Shown here one piece after another: positions 56,677 to 64,000 of a stretch of 64,000 nucleotides of DNA (the stretch's first letter is position 1; each line of letters begins with the position of its first letter). The DNA is from Candidatus Daviesbacteria bacterium (GTDB lineage Bacteria; Patescibacteriota; Microgenomatia; Daviesbacterales; UBA10151): positions 67,590 through 131,589 of the forward strand of contig JACPDA010000005.1 of assembly GCA_016184225.1 (NCBI GenBank). Direction: 5' to 3'. Both the position numbers and the translations under genes were made by a program. The notes under the pieces were generated by a model, which saw only the letters and a program-made list of their open reading frames with translations, was not told the DNA's origin and ran no database searches.

Positions 56677-57333
56677 ATGGATATATATTGGTACGGACAA
56701 GCATGTTTTAAATTAAAAGGCAAAAATGCGACTGTCGTCATCGATCCATTTGACCCTGATTTTACCGGTCTTAAACTTCCCAAGGATTTGCAATCTGATG
56801 CAGTTTTAACAACCCATGGCCACCGCGACCACAACTTTGTATCGGGTACCACTACATCCTCAGGTGCTAAACCCCCGGTTTTTGATAAACCAGGGGAATA
56901 TGAAGTTTCCGGGGTAGTCATGACCGGGATAAATTCTTTCCATGACAACTCCCAGGGTACAGAGCGGGGGACGAACACTATTTTCCATTTACTTTTTGAT
57001 AATTTGGATATTATTCATTTGGGGGATTTAGGACAAAGCAAATTAACTGAAGAGCAGGTTGCCCAAATTGGCCAGACGGATATTCTGCTGGTTCCTGTAG
57101 GGTCTATCTATACAATAGACTCTAAGGCTGCCTCGGAAATAGTTTCACAGCTTGAACCGAAAATTATCATCCCGATGCATTACAGGATAGATGGGTTAAA
57201 GTTTGAACTTGAAGGGGTTGAGAGCTTCTTAAAAGAAATGGGAGCAGAAGGGGTGGTTCCGGTGCCAAAGCTGTCAATTACTAAGGAAAAACTGCCGGAG
57301 GAACTGCAGGTAGTGGTATTAGGTAAGAGTTAG
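56677..57333 (+). CDS. Metallo-beta-lactamase-fold hydrolase
   Basis: HxHxDH motif (THGHRDH). Confidence 0.7.
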   Translation: MDIYWYGQACFKLKGKNATVVIDPFDPDFTGLKLPKDLQSDAVLTTHGHRDHNFVSGTTTSSGAKPPVFDKPGEYEVSGVVMTGINSFHDNSQGTERGTNTIFHLLFDNLDIIHLGDLGQSKLTEEQVAQIGQTDILLVPVGSIYTIDSKAASEIVSQLEPKIIIPMHYRIDGLKFELEGVESFLKEMGAEGVVPVPKLSITKEKLPEELQVVVLGKS

Positions 57334-57376
57334 TTTTCGGTTTTCTGTTTTCGGTTTTCAGATTCTGGTTTTTCAG
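57334..57376. repeat. Heptanucleotide tandem repeats (GTTTTCN x about 6) that form the left arm of a long imperfect inverted repeat upstream of dnaB
   Basis: ttttcggttttctgttttcggttttcagattctggtttttcag; right arm ccgaaaactggcaaac…ccgaaaactgacc. Confidence 0.7.
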
Positions 57377-57452
57377 TTGTCTGTTGACCGGTTAACCGAA
57401 AACTGGCAAACTAATATCCGAAAACTGACCACTGAGAACTGATAACCGAACT

Positions 57453-58811
57453 ATGGCGCAGCTAACGACTAAGCTTCCCCCACAAAATATAGATGCTGAA
57501 CAATCCCTTTTGGGCGCGCTCCTCATTGACAAAGATGCAATTGTGCGGATTTCGGAAATCCTGCACCCTTCAAACTTTTATAGATCCGAACAACATGGAG
57601 CTATCTTTGAAGCGATACAAAGCTTATTTGAAAGGCGTGAACCGATAGATTTGGTCACTGTTACGGAAGAGCTTAAAAGAAAAAGCGTTTACGACAAAAT
57701 TGGAGGGTCGGCATATTTAACTTCCCTGATAAATGTTGTTCCTACATCTGCTCATATTGAACATTATGCCAAAATAATTAGAGACCATGCTGTCAGGAGA
57801 AACTTAATTACACAAGCTACTTCTTTGATACAGCAGGCCTATAATGAAGGCGAGTCGGTGGAGGAGCTTTTGGAGACGGCCGAGGCGGGTATATTTGCCC
57901 TGTCGCAAGAACATGTCAGCCGGGATTTTTTGCCGATTAAAGATGCGTTAACAGAGTCTTTTGACAGACTTGATGAGCTGCAAAAATCTTCCGGAAAACT
58001 GCGGGGTATACCAACCGGTTTCCGGGATCTTGATGCCAAGTTGGCCGGCATGCAAAACTCCAACCTGTTAATTCTAGCTTCCCGTCCGGGGCAGGGTAAA
58101 ACTTCCATGGCTTTAAACATTGCCCAATATGTGGCAGTTACGGCAGGACTCCCGGTGGGAATTTTTTCTTTGGAAATGAGCCAGGAAGAGTTGGTAGATA
58201 GGTTGTTGGTGGGACAAGCAGACATAGACGCTTGGAAGCTAAAAACAGGCAGGTTAGATGAGAAGGACTTTGATAAGTTGTCTTTGGCCATGGGAGAGTT
58301 GGCAGAGGCGCCGATATTTATTGATGATACCCCGGGAATCACAATTTCCGAGATGAGGACAAAGGCGCGAAGATTGCAGATTGAGCATGGTTTAAAGTTT
58401 TTAATTGTAGATTATCTGCAGCTTATAAAGGGGCGGAATTTGGAAAATAGGGTCCAGGAAGTTTCAGAAATTTCCCAGAATTTAAAGAATTTGGCCAGAG
58501 AGCTGAAAATTCCGGTTTTAGCTATCTCACAGCTTTCCCGGGCAGTAGAGCAGCGGGGGACAAAAAAGCCGCAGCTGGCCGACCTTCGGGAGTCGGGGGC
58601 GATTGAACAGGATGCCGATGTGGTGATGTTTATCTGGCGGGAAGATAGTGAACATCCGGAACAGGTCACATTAGATATTCAAAAACACCGCAACGGTCCA
58701 ACCGGAGAAATAAACATGATCTTTAGGGCTGATCGGACTAAGTTTTATGGCATGGAAAAAACCAGAGGCAGACCAAAAGAAGAAACTAAAGAATTAGCCT
58801 CCGCTGCATAG
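57453..58811 (+). CDS. dnaB: Replicative DNA helicase
   Basis: DnaB N-domain, Walker A (SRPGQGKTS) and a RecA-like C-domain. Confidence 0.9.
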   Translation: MAQLTTKLPPQNIDAEQSLLGALLIDKDAIVRISEILHPSNFYRSEQHGAIFEAIQSLFERREPIDLVTVTEELKRKSVYDKIGGSAYLTSLINVVPTSAHIEHYAKIIRDHAVRRNLITQATSLIQQAYNEGESVEELLETAEAGIFALSQEHVSRDFLPIKDALTESFDRLDELQKSSGKLRGIPTGFRDLDAKLAGMQNSNLLILASRPGQGKTSMALNIAQYVAVTAGLPVGIFSLEMSQEELVDRLLVGQADIDAWKLKTGRLDEKDFDKLSLAMGELAEAPIFIDDTPGITISEMRTKARRLQIEHGLKFLIVDYLQLIKGRNLENRVQEVSEISQNLKNLARELKIPVLAISQLSRAVEQRGTKKPQLADLRESGAIEQDADVVMFIWREDSEHPEQVTLDIQKHRNGPTGEINMIFRADRTKFYGMEKTRGRPKEETKELASAA

Positions 58812-58818
58812 GTCAAAG

Positions 58819-58902
58819 TGCCGAGGGAGGGAGTCGAACCCTCATGATCTTTAGGACCAAAGGTTTTTGAGACCTTCGCGTCTGCCATTCCGCCACCTCG
58901 GC
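58819..58902 (-). tRNA. tRNA-Leu (anticodon CAA), type II with a long variable arm; CCA not encoded
   Basis: The reverse complement folds into a cloverleaf: acceptor GCCGAGG/CCUCGGC, anticodon loop CUCAAAA, T-arm GAGGG-UUCGACU-CCCUC, discriminator A. Confidence 0.8.
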
Positions 58903-58974
58903 AATAAAAGTACTTGAGGTATTATATCAAGTTTAACTTGATGAAAAAAGGATAAAGAGGAAATTAAAGTCTGT

Positions 58975-59004
58975 ACAAATGTCCTCCGATCGTGGTACAT
59001 TTGT
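58975..59004. promoter_or_regulatory. Palindrome ACAAATGT-CCTCCGATCGTGGT-ACATTTGT overlapping the promoter (TGtGATAAT) of PaaX-like gene 2
   Basis: 8-bp arms around a CGATCG core; the ATG follows within about 9 nt. Confidence 0.5.
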
Positions 59005-59012
59005 GATAATAT

Positions 59013-59507
59013 ATGGCACGACCACCAAGCAAGCGAAAGGTTCTAACAGATTTAGTTCTTTTAGCTTTAGAGAAATCAATTGACGGGTATGTAGCGTTTG
59101 AAGATTTCATTTACAATCCACTGCTAGAAAGACCTGTTAAAAAATCAGTCCTTTCTCAGGTTATAAAAAGACTTCGGGATCAAGGTTTAGTGGAGTTTAT
59201 TAGTGATAATGAGTTAATTTTAAGATTGACTGATTCTGGTAGAGATAAAGCGCTATGGAAGAAGATGGCTCTCGGAGATGAGAAATGGGATGGGAAATGG
59301 CGGCTGGTAATATGGGATGTGCCGGAAAAAAGGAGATTGGCTAGGGATTTACTAAGGTTTAAACTTAAACAGTTAGGTTTTAAACAGTGGCAAAAAAGTG
59401 TTTGGGCTTCAAAGATAAACTGTACTAAGTTATTACGAGATTTTATCAAGCAAGTAGGAATAGAGGATTGGGTGATGGTGATTGAATCCGATAACGTAGG
59501 AGTTTAA
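59013..59507 (+). CDS. Short PaaX-family-like transcriptional regulator (paralog of 24956..25456)
   Basis: KWDGKWRLVIWDVPEKRRLARDLL…QKSVWASK; N-terminal wHTH. Confidence 0.6.
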   Translation: MARPPSKRKVLTDLVLLALEKSIDGYVAFEDFIYNPLLERPVKKSVLSQVIKRLRDQGLVEFISDNELILRLTDSGRDKALWKKMALGDEKWDGKWRLVIWDVPEKRRLARDLLRFKLKQLGFKQWQKSVWASKINCTKLLRDFIKQVGIEDWVMVIESDNVGV

Positions 59508-59508
59508 A

Positions 59509-59538
59509 CATTTGTCCTCCGATCGTGGTACAAATGTG
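59509..59538. promoter_or_regulatory. Near-identical palindrome ACATTTGT-CCTCCGATCGTGGT-ACAAATGT immediately downstream of PaaX-like gene 2
   Basis: Same 14-nt core in direct orientation with the arms swapped. Confidence 0.5.
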
Positions 59539-59590
59539 ACAAACAATGCAATCTAGACTTTTTTAACCGATTTATGTATAAGTTACTTCT

Positions 59591-62263
59591 ATGAATAAAT
59601 CTACAAAAAATGAAGTCAGGCTTCCGGTGCATGTTAAGCCTGAGCGGTACAGGATTATGCTCCGGCCGGATCTGGAGGGGTTTACATTTTACGGCGAAGA
59701 AACAATTTTTTTGGTTTTAGAAAAGCCCACCAAACAAATTACCCTGCATGCTGCTGAGCTGGAGATAGAATCGGCAGAATTTATACATGGTAACAAAGAG
59801 GTATGGGCTGGGAGGATTAATTATGATAAAAAAGCGGAAACTGCTACATTTACTTTTGCTAAAAATATTCAAAAAGGCAAAGGACAATTAAAGCTTGCTT
59901 TTAAGGGAATCTTGAATGATAAAATGCGGGGCTTTTACCGTTCCCGCTATGAAGTGAGTGGAGTATCAAAGCATCTGGCTACTACCCAGTTTGAATCAAC
60001 TGATGCCAGGAGGGCTTTTCCCAGCTTTGATGAACCCGCTCAAAAGGCTGTTTTCGATGTGACTTTAGTGGTTCCTGCCAAGACTGTGGCTATCTCCAAC
60101 ACCATTGAATCTAACATCCGAGAACATGAAAGCGGTTACAAGGTAATAGAGTTTGCCCCAACCCCGAAAATGTCTACTTATCTTTTAGCCTTTATTGTGG
60201 GGGAGTTTGAGAGTGTAGAAGTGCAAAGTGCAAAGGGCAAAGTGATAAGGGTTTTTACCACACCGGGTAAAAAAGAACAAGCCAGATTTGCCCTTGATGT
60301 AGCCGGAAAATGCTTGGATTTCTATGAACAATACTTTGGTATCTCTTACCCTTTGCCGGTGTTGGATCTTATTGCAATACCTGATTTTGCTGCCGGGGCC
60401 ATGGAAAACTGGGGAGCAGTGACATATCGCGAATCTTTGCTGTTAATTGATGAGGAGGCTTCCTCCACTGCCAATAAACAATGGGTGGCTTTAGTGATTG
60501 CCCATGAGCTGGCTCACCAGTGGTTTGGCAATTTAGTCACTATGGAGTGGTGGACCCACCTTTGGTTAAATGAAGGTTTTGCCTCATTTATTGAATTCTT
60601 GGCTATTGACCATATTTTCCCGGAGTGGGATATCTGGACCCAATTTGTAGGGAGCGAAATGGGTGAAGCTTTCTCGCTGGACGGCTTAAAAAACACCCAC
60701 CCGATTGAGGTGGAGGTGGGCCATCCGGCCGAGATTTCCGAGATTTTTGATAAGGTCAGCTATTCCAAAGGAGCCTCAATTCTGCGTATGCTTATGTCTT
60801 ATCTGGGGGAAAAAGATTTTCAAAAAGGGTTGCAATTTTATCTTAAAAAACATGCTTATGGAAATGCGGAGACCCAGGATTTGTGGAAAGCATTGGAAGA
60901 AGTTTCCGGGAAACCTGTTGGCAAGCTGATGAAAAACTGGACCTCAAAGCCCGGACATCCGGTGATAAGGTTACAGTCAACAGGCAGCAGGCTACAGTTA
61001 ACACAAAGCAGGTTTTTCTCCTCTCCAATTTCTAAAAGAAAGACGAAAGATGGTGCTGTCTGGAGTATTCCTATCACTGTCATTCTGGGGAGTTCTGCAA
61101 GGCAGAACGACTCCAGAATCGATTCTGGACAAGCCAGAATGACTAATCTATTAATGAATAAAAAATCCATGACTATTTCAGGAATTAAAGATAACGAGTG
61201 GATTAAATTAAATGCCGGGGAGGCGTCATTAGTTAGAGTTGATTATCCGCAGGAATATCTCAAGAAGCTGGAAGAGGCGGTTAAGAATGGAAAACTGCCT
61301 GCAGTGGACAGGTTGGGCCTAATCAGAGATTCTTTCTCTTTGGCAGAGTCAGGTCAAAGCCCAACCACTTTATCTTTGGAGCTGACTCAAAGTTACATGG
61401 GTGAAGAAGATTATACTGTTTGGGCTGAGCTGACGGGAAAACTGCTGCAGCTTGATTCTCTTTTAGCTCTGGAACCATTTTATCCGGATTTCAAAAAATA
61501 CGGCATAAAGATTTATCAAGATATAGGGGGTAAGCTAGGCTGGAAAGCAAGAAAAGGAGAAAAGCATACAGATTCCCTGCTGCGGGGTATGGTTTTAAAT
61601 ATGCTGGGAGGGTTTGGAGATGGGGAGACTATAAAGGTGGCTCAGGAATTATTTAGAGCTTATGTAGTACGTCATTCTGGGGAGCGCAGCGACTCCAGAA
61701 TCAAAGGGGGGGATTCTGGACAAGCCAGAATGACAAGTAGTCACGGCATTCATCCTGATTTAAAGGGAGTTGTTTACAATTTGGTGGCGGAAAACGGTGG
61801 AAAAAAAGAATTCGATACTTTGATGAAGATGTACAAGCAAGAGGAAAATCAACAGGAAAAAGATCGGATTGGCCGGGCTTTGGGGAAGTTTAAAATTAAA
61901 GCCCTTCTTTCTAAAACCCTGGATTTTTCTATTTCCAAGCATGTGAGATTCCAAAACAGTCTGCAAATTATTGCAGCTGTTTGGGCTAATCCGGTCGGCC
62001 GTTATCTGGCCTGGGAGTTTGTAAAAAAGAATTGGAAATTGTTAAAAGATAGGTATGCAGGGGGCCATTATTTTACCAAAGTTTTTGGACCGGCCGGAAG
62101 CTTTACCAAAAAAGTTGATGCCAAAGATATTGAATCCTTTGTCAAGAAAAATCCTGTCCCGGAAGCCAAAAGAACCATTGCCCAAGCCTTGGAACAGATT
62201 TATTCCAATGCAGAGTGGCTAAAAAGGGATAGACAGAAAATCAAAGATTTTCTGTTAAGATAA
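59591..62263 (+). CDS. pepN: Aminopeptidase N (M1 family)
   Basis: GAMEN and HELAHQW…E zinc motifs. Carries two in-frame palindromic repeat inserts (SSARQNDSRIDSGQARMT; RHSGERSDSRIKGGDSGQARMTS). Confidence 0.9.
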   Translation: MNKSTKNEVRLPVHVKPERYRIMLRPDLEGFTFYGEETIFLVLEKPTKQITLHAAELEIESAEFIHGNKEVWAGRINYDKKAETATFTFAKNIQKGKGQLKLAFKGILNDKMRGFYRSRYEVSGVSKHLATTQFESTDARRAFPSFDEPAQKAVFDVTLVVPAKTVAISNTIESNIREHESGYKVIEFAPTPKMSTYLLAFIVGEFESVEVQSAKGKVIRVFTTPGKKEQARFALDVAGKCLDFYEQYFGISYPLPVLDLIAIPDFAAGAMENWGAVTYRESLLLIDEEASSTANKQWVALVIAHELAHQWFGNLVTMEWWTHLWLNEGFASFIEFLAIDHIFPEWDIWTQFVGSEMGEAFSLDGLKNTHPIEVEVGHPAEISEIFDKVSYSKGASILRMLMSYLGEKDFQKGLQFYLKKHAYGNAETQDLWKALEEVSGKPVGKLMKNWTSKPGHPVIRLQSTGSRLQLTQSRFFSSPISKRKTKDGAVWSIPITVILGSSARQNDSRIDSGQARMTNLLMNKKSMTISGIKDNEWIKLNAGEASLVRVDYPQEYLKKLEEAVKNGKLPAVDRLGLIRDSFSLAESGQSPTTLSLELTQSYMGEEDYTVWAELTGKLLQLDSLLALEPFYPDFKKYGIKIYQDIGGKLGWKARKGEKHTDSLLRGMVLNMLGGFGDGETIKVAQELFRAYVVRHSGERSDSRIKGGDSGQARMTSSHGIHPDLKGVVYNLVAENGGKKEFDTLMKMYKQEENQQEKDRIGRALGKFKIKALLSKTLDFSISKHVRFQNSLQIIAAVWANPVGRYLAWEFVKKNWKLLKDRYAGGHYFTKVFGPAGSFTKKVDAKDIESFVKKNPVPEAKRTIAQALEQIYSNAEWLKRDRQKIKDFLLR
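61079..61143. repeat. Family 2 copy, in-frame in pepN (variant left arm)
   Basis: gtcattctggggagttctgcaaggcagaacgactccagaatcgattctggacaagccagaatgac. Confidence 0.75.
61671..61734. repeat. Family 2 copy, in-frame in pepN (near-perfect palindrome)
   Basis: gtcattctggggagcgcagcgactccagaatcaaagggggggattctggacaagccagaatgac. Confidence 0.8.
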
Positions 62264-62306
62264 TTAGTGGATTAGTGAATCGGTGAGTTAGATCTAATTT
62301 ACTTTT

Positions 62307-62554
62307 ATGGCGAAAAGCTTTGAGGAGCTTGAAATTTGGAAAAAAGCACATGAGTTATCTATGAAACAATTCATTTCCTATACGACTCTCGTGCTTCAGC
62401 ACAGGAAGTCAGGAACTGTTTAATGTTAGCCAAGGATTTAAAAGAGATCGCTATGAGGATTGAAGAATTTGCTGTTTTTGATGTAGAATACATAGGATTA
62501 ATTAAAGGAATTAATGGGTTTGTGAGTTATCTGAGAAATAAAAACTCTAGTTAA
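62307..62554 (+). pseudogene. Internally deleted/frameshifted four-helix-bundle (23S IVS protein family) gene remnant
   Basis: N-terminal MAKSFEELEIWKKAHEL, then a stop; a second frame continues with LAKDLKEI…IGLIKGINGFVSYLRNK, which matches the family C-terminus. The middle of the protein is missing. Confidence 0.5.
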
Positions 62555-62581
62555 CTAATCAACCAATTAACTAATTTACTT

Positions 62582-63154
62582 ATGTTGAATGTAACTGACC
62601 TTAGAAATGGCACTTTTTATAAAGAGGGGAAAGATATTCTTTTGGTTTTAACTTATGAGCATGTCAAAACCGGCCGGGGTTCCGGCAACATCAAGCTTAA
62701 GACCAGGAATATCAGGACGGGAGCTGTAACGGAAAAATCTTTTATTACCGGAGCCAGGGTTGATGAGGCTAATGTAGAAAAGGAAAAGGCTCAGTTTCTC
62801 TACAGAGATGGAGATTCGCCGGTTGGCGAATTTTATTTCATGGATCCAGTGAGTTTCGAACAGTTTGCAATCCCCGCGCAAGTGATAGGCGATCAGGCAA
62901 AATATTTAAAAGAGGGATTAGAAGTAATTTTGATTGTCTCGGATGGTGAAGCATTAGGACTAGAGCTTCCCATGAGCCTGGTTTATACCATATCTGAAAC
63001 CGGCCCGGGGGAAAAAGGCAATACTGTTTCCAATGTTTTTAAGGAAGCAACCTTGGACAATGGCCTAGTGGTTAAAGTTCCCATGTTCATGAATGTGGGG
63101 GAAAAGGTGAAAGTGGATACTAGGAGTGGGGAATATATAGAGAGAGTTAAATAA
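62582..63154 (+). CDS. efp: Elongation factor P
   Basis: EF-P KOW/OB domains (KTGRGSGNIKLK). Confidence 0.9.
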   Translation: MLNVTDLRNGTFYKEGKDILLVLTYEHVKTGRGSGNIKLKTRNIRTGAVTEKSFITGARVDEANVEKEKAQFLYRDGDSPVGEFYFMDPVSFEQFAIPAQVIGDQAKYLKEGLEVILIVSDGEALGLELPMSLVYTISETGPGEKGNTVSNVFKEATLDNGLVVKVPMFMNVGEKVKVDTRSGEYIERVK

Positions 63155-63243
63155 ATTAACCTAATTACTAATTGACCTAATTTCTAAATAATGTCTAATG
63201 ACTTAATAACCAAATTTTAGACATTAGATCATTGGTGCTTGTT

Positions 63244-63271
63244 TAGAAATTAGAAATTAAAAATTAGAAAT
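63244..63271. repeat. Heptanucleotide tandem repeat (TAGAAAT x 4) in the galU promoter region
   Basis: tagaaattagaaattaaaaattagaaat, followed by an extended -10 TGtTATACT and then the ATG. Confidence 0.7.
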
Positions 63272-63294
63272 TCTGCTCATGTTATACTTACACT

Positions 63295-64000
63295 ATGTCC
63301 AAAAAGATTACTAAAGCATTAATACCTGCGGCCGGGTTTGGCACCAGATTCCTTCCCCAAACCAAGGCCATGCCCAAGGAGATGCTGCCTATTGTGGATA
63401 AACCGGTTATCCAGTATGTGGTAGAAGAAATAGTGGGTTCCGGGATAGACAATATTATTATTGTGACCGGTGCCACCAAAAGAGCGATTGAAGACCACTT
63501 TGATGTGCCGAACGAAGATTTGGTTCAGAATTTAATGAATGGGAAAAAAGCCGAGATCCTGGAGCAGATCAAGCATATTTCCGATATGGCAAACTTCATT
63601 TATATCAGGCAGAAAGGTCCATATGGTAACGGTACGCCGGTGCTGTCCGGGGAATCGGTGATTGAAGATGAGCCGTTTGCTGCTATCTGGGGAGATGAGT
63701 TTATTTTAGCCGAGCCGCCAAGATTAAAACAGATGATTGATGTTTTTGAAAAATACGGCGGCATGGTGATTTCCGGAGTGAGAATCGAAAAAAAGGAGGA
63801 CTTAAGCCGCTACGGTATAGCAGATCTCGAGCCGGTGGAAGGCAATGTTTACAAAATCAAATCAATTGTAGAAAAACCGGATCCGGATAAAGCTCCCTCT
63901 AACCTGGCTACTCACGGCGCGTATATTTTGCCACCGGAAATCTTTAGCGCCCTAAAGCGGCTGACACCGGGTCAAAACGGGGAGATTTGGCTGGTTGATG
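63295..64000 (+). CDS. galU: UTP-glucose-1-phosphate uridylyltransferase (3' end beyond window)
   Basis: ALIPAAGFGTRFLPQTKAMPKEMLPIVDKP; no stop before the window end. Absent from the ORF track because it is open-ended. Confidence 0.85.
   Translation, partial: MSKKITKALIPAAGFGTRFLPQTKAMPKEMLPIVDKPVIQYVVEEIVGSGIDNIIIVTGATKRAIEDHFDVPNEDLVQNLMNGKKAEILEQIKHISDMANFIYIRQKGPYGNGTPVLSGESVIEDEPFAAIWGDEFILAEPPRLKQMIDVFEKYGGMVISGVRIEKKEDLSRYGIADLEPVEGNVYKIKSIVEKPDPDKAPSNLATHGAYILPPEIFSALKRLTPGQNGEIWLVD

Noticed and set aside
57380-57452. DnaA-box cluster / origin upstream of dnaB
   Set aside because: No TTATCCACA-like boxes were found; the region is dominated by the heptamer/inverted-repeat structure instead.
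60967-61002. ggttacagtcaacaggcagcaggctacagttaacac in pepN as a fourth family-3 copy
   Set aside because: Only loose similarity (shared GGTTACAG/CTACAG strings), and the encoded segment aligns with ordinary pepN sequence. Not counted.

Overview
This is an AT-rich bacterial chromosomal segment with small, tightly packed genes, many joined by ATGA/TAATG stop-start overlaps. Gene content and style suggest a CPR/Patescibacteria-like organism; this is inference (four-helix-bundle '23S IVS' proteins, short PaaX-like regulators, leaderless consensus promoters). The dominant feature is a near-complete de novo purine/one-carbon supercluster: glyA, folD, purF, a purN-purD fusion, purL with a PurS-like N-terminal domain, purQ, guaA, purA, two tandem archaeal-type purP, purH, purB, purE, purC, prs and purM. 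Outside the cluster are housekeeping genes (recR, cysS, cmk, ychF, rpsF-ssb-rpsR, prfA/prmC, rpmE, hisS, dnaB, pepN, efp, galU), one tRNA-Leu(CAA), lipid and envelope genes (PAP2, dgkA, a PlsY fusion, an acyltransferase, a deacetylase, a methyltransferase, a GT-C-like protein), secreted proteases (subtilase, a metzincin-like protein, Ctp, HtrA) and several hypothetical operons. The most unusual signal is not a gene cassette. It is a set of short dispersed palindromic repeat families with GTCAT...ATGAC-type termini, inserted in-frame inside conserved genes (purL, purA, pepN twice, prmC twice, the ssb tail, the folD end, possibly prfA), comparable to Rickettsia palindromic elements. Heptanucleotide tandem repeats occur at four loci, two of them inside coding N-termini. 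Other notable items are a promoter-plus-terminator-bounded ~155-nt candidate RNA upstream of hisS, two PaaX-like paralogs bracketed by CGATCG-centred palindromes, a secreted Cys-rich tandem-module protein, and a PlsY fusion to a CTP-transferase-like domain. No CRISPR array, rRNA or classical transposase was seen. All coordinates of short elements are approximate (plus or minus a few nt).
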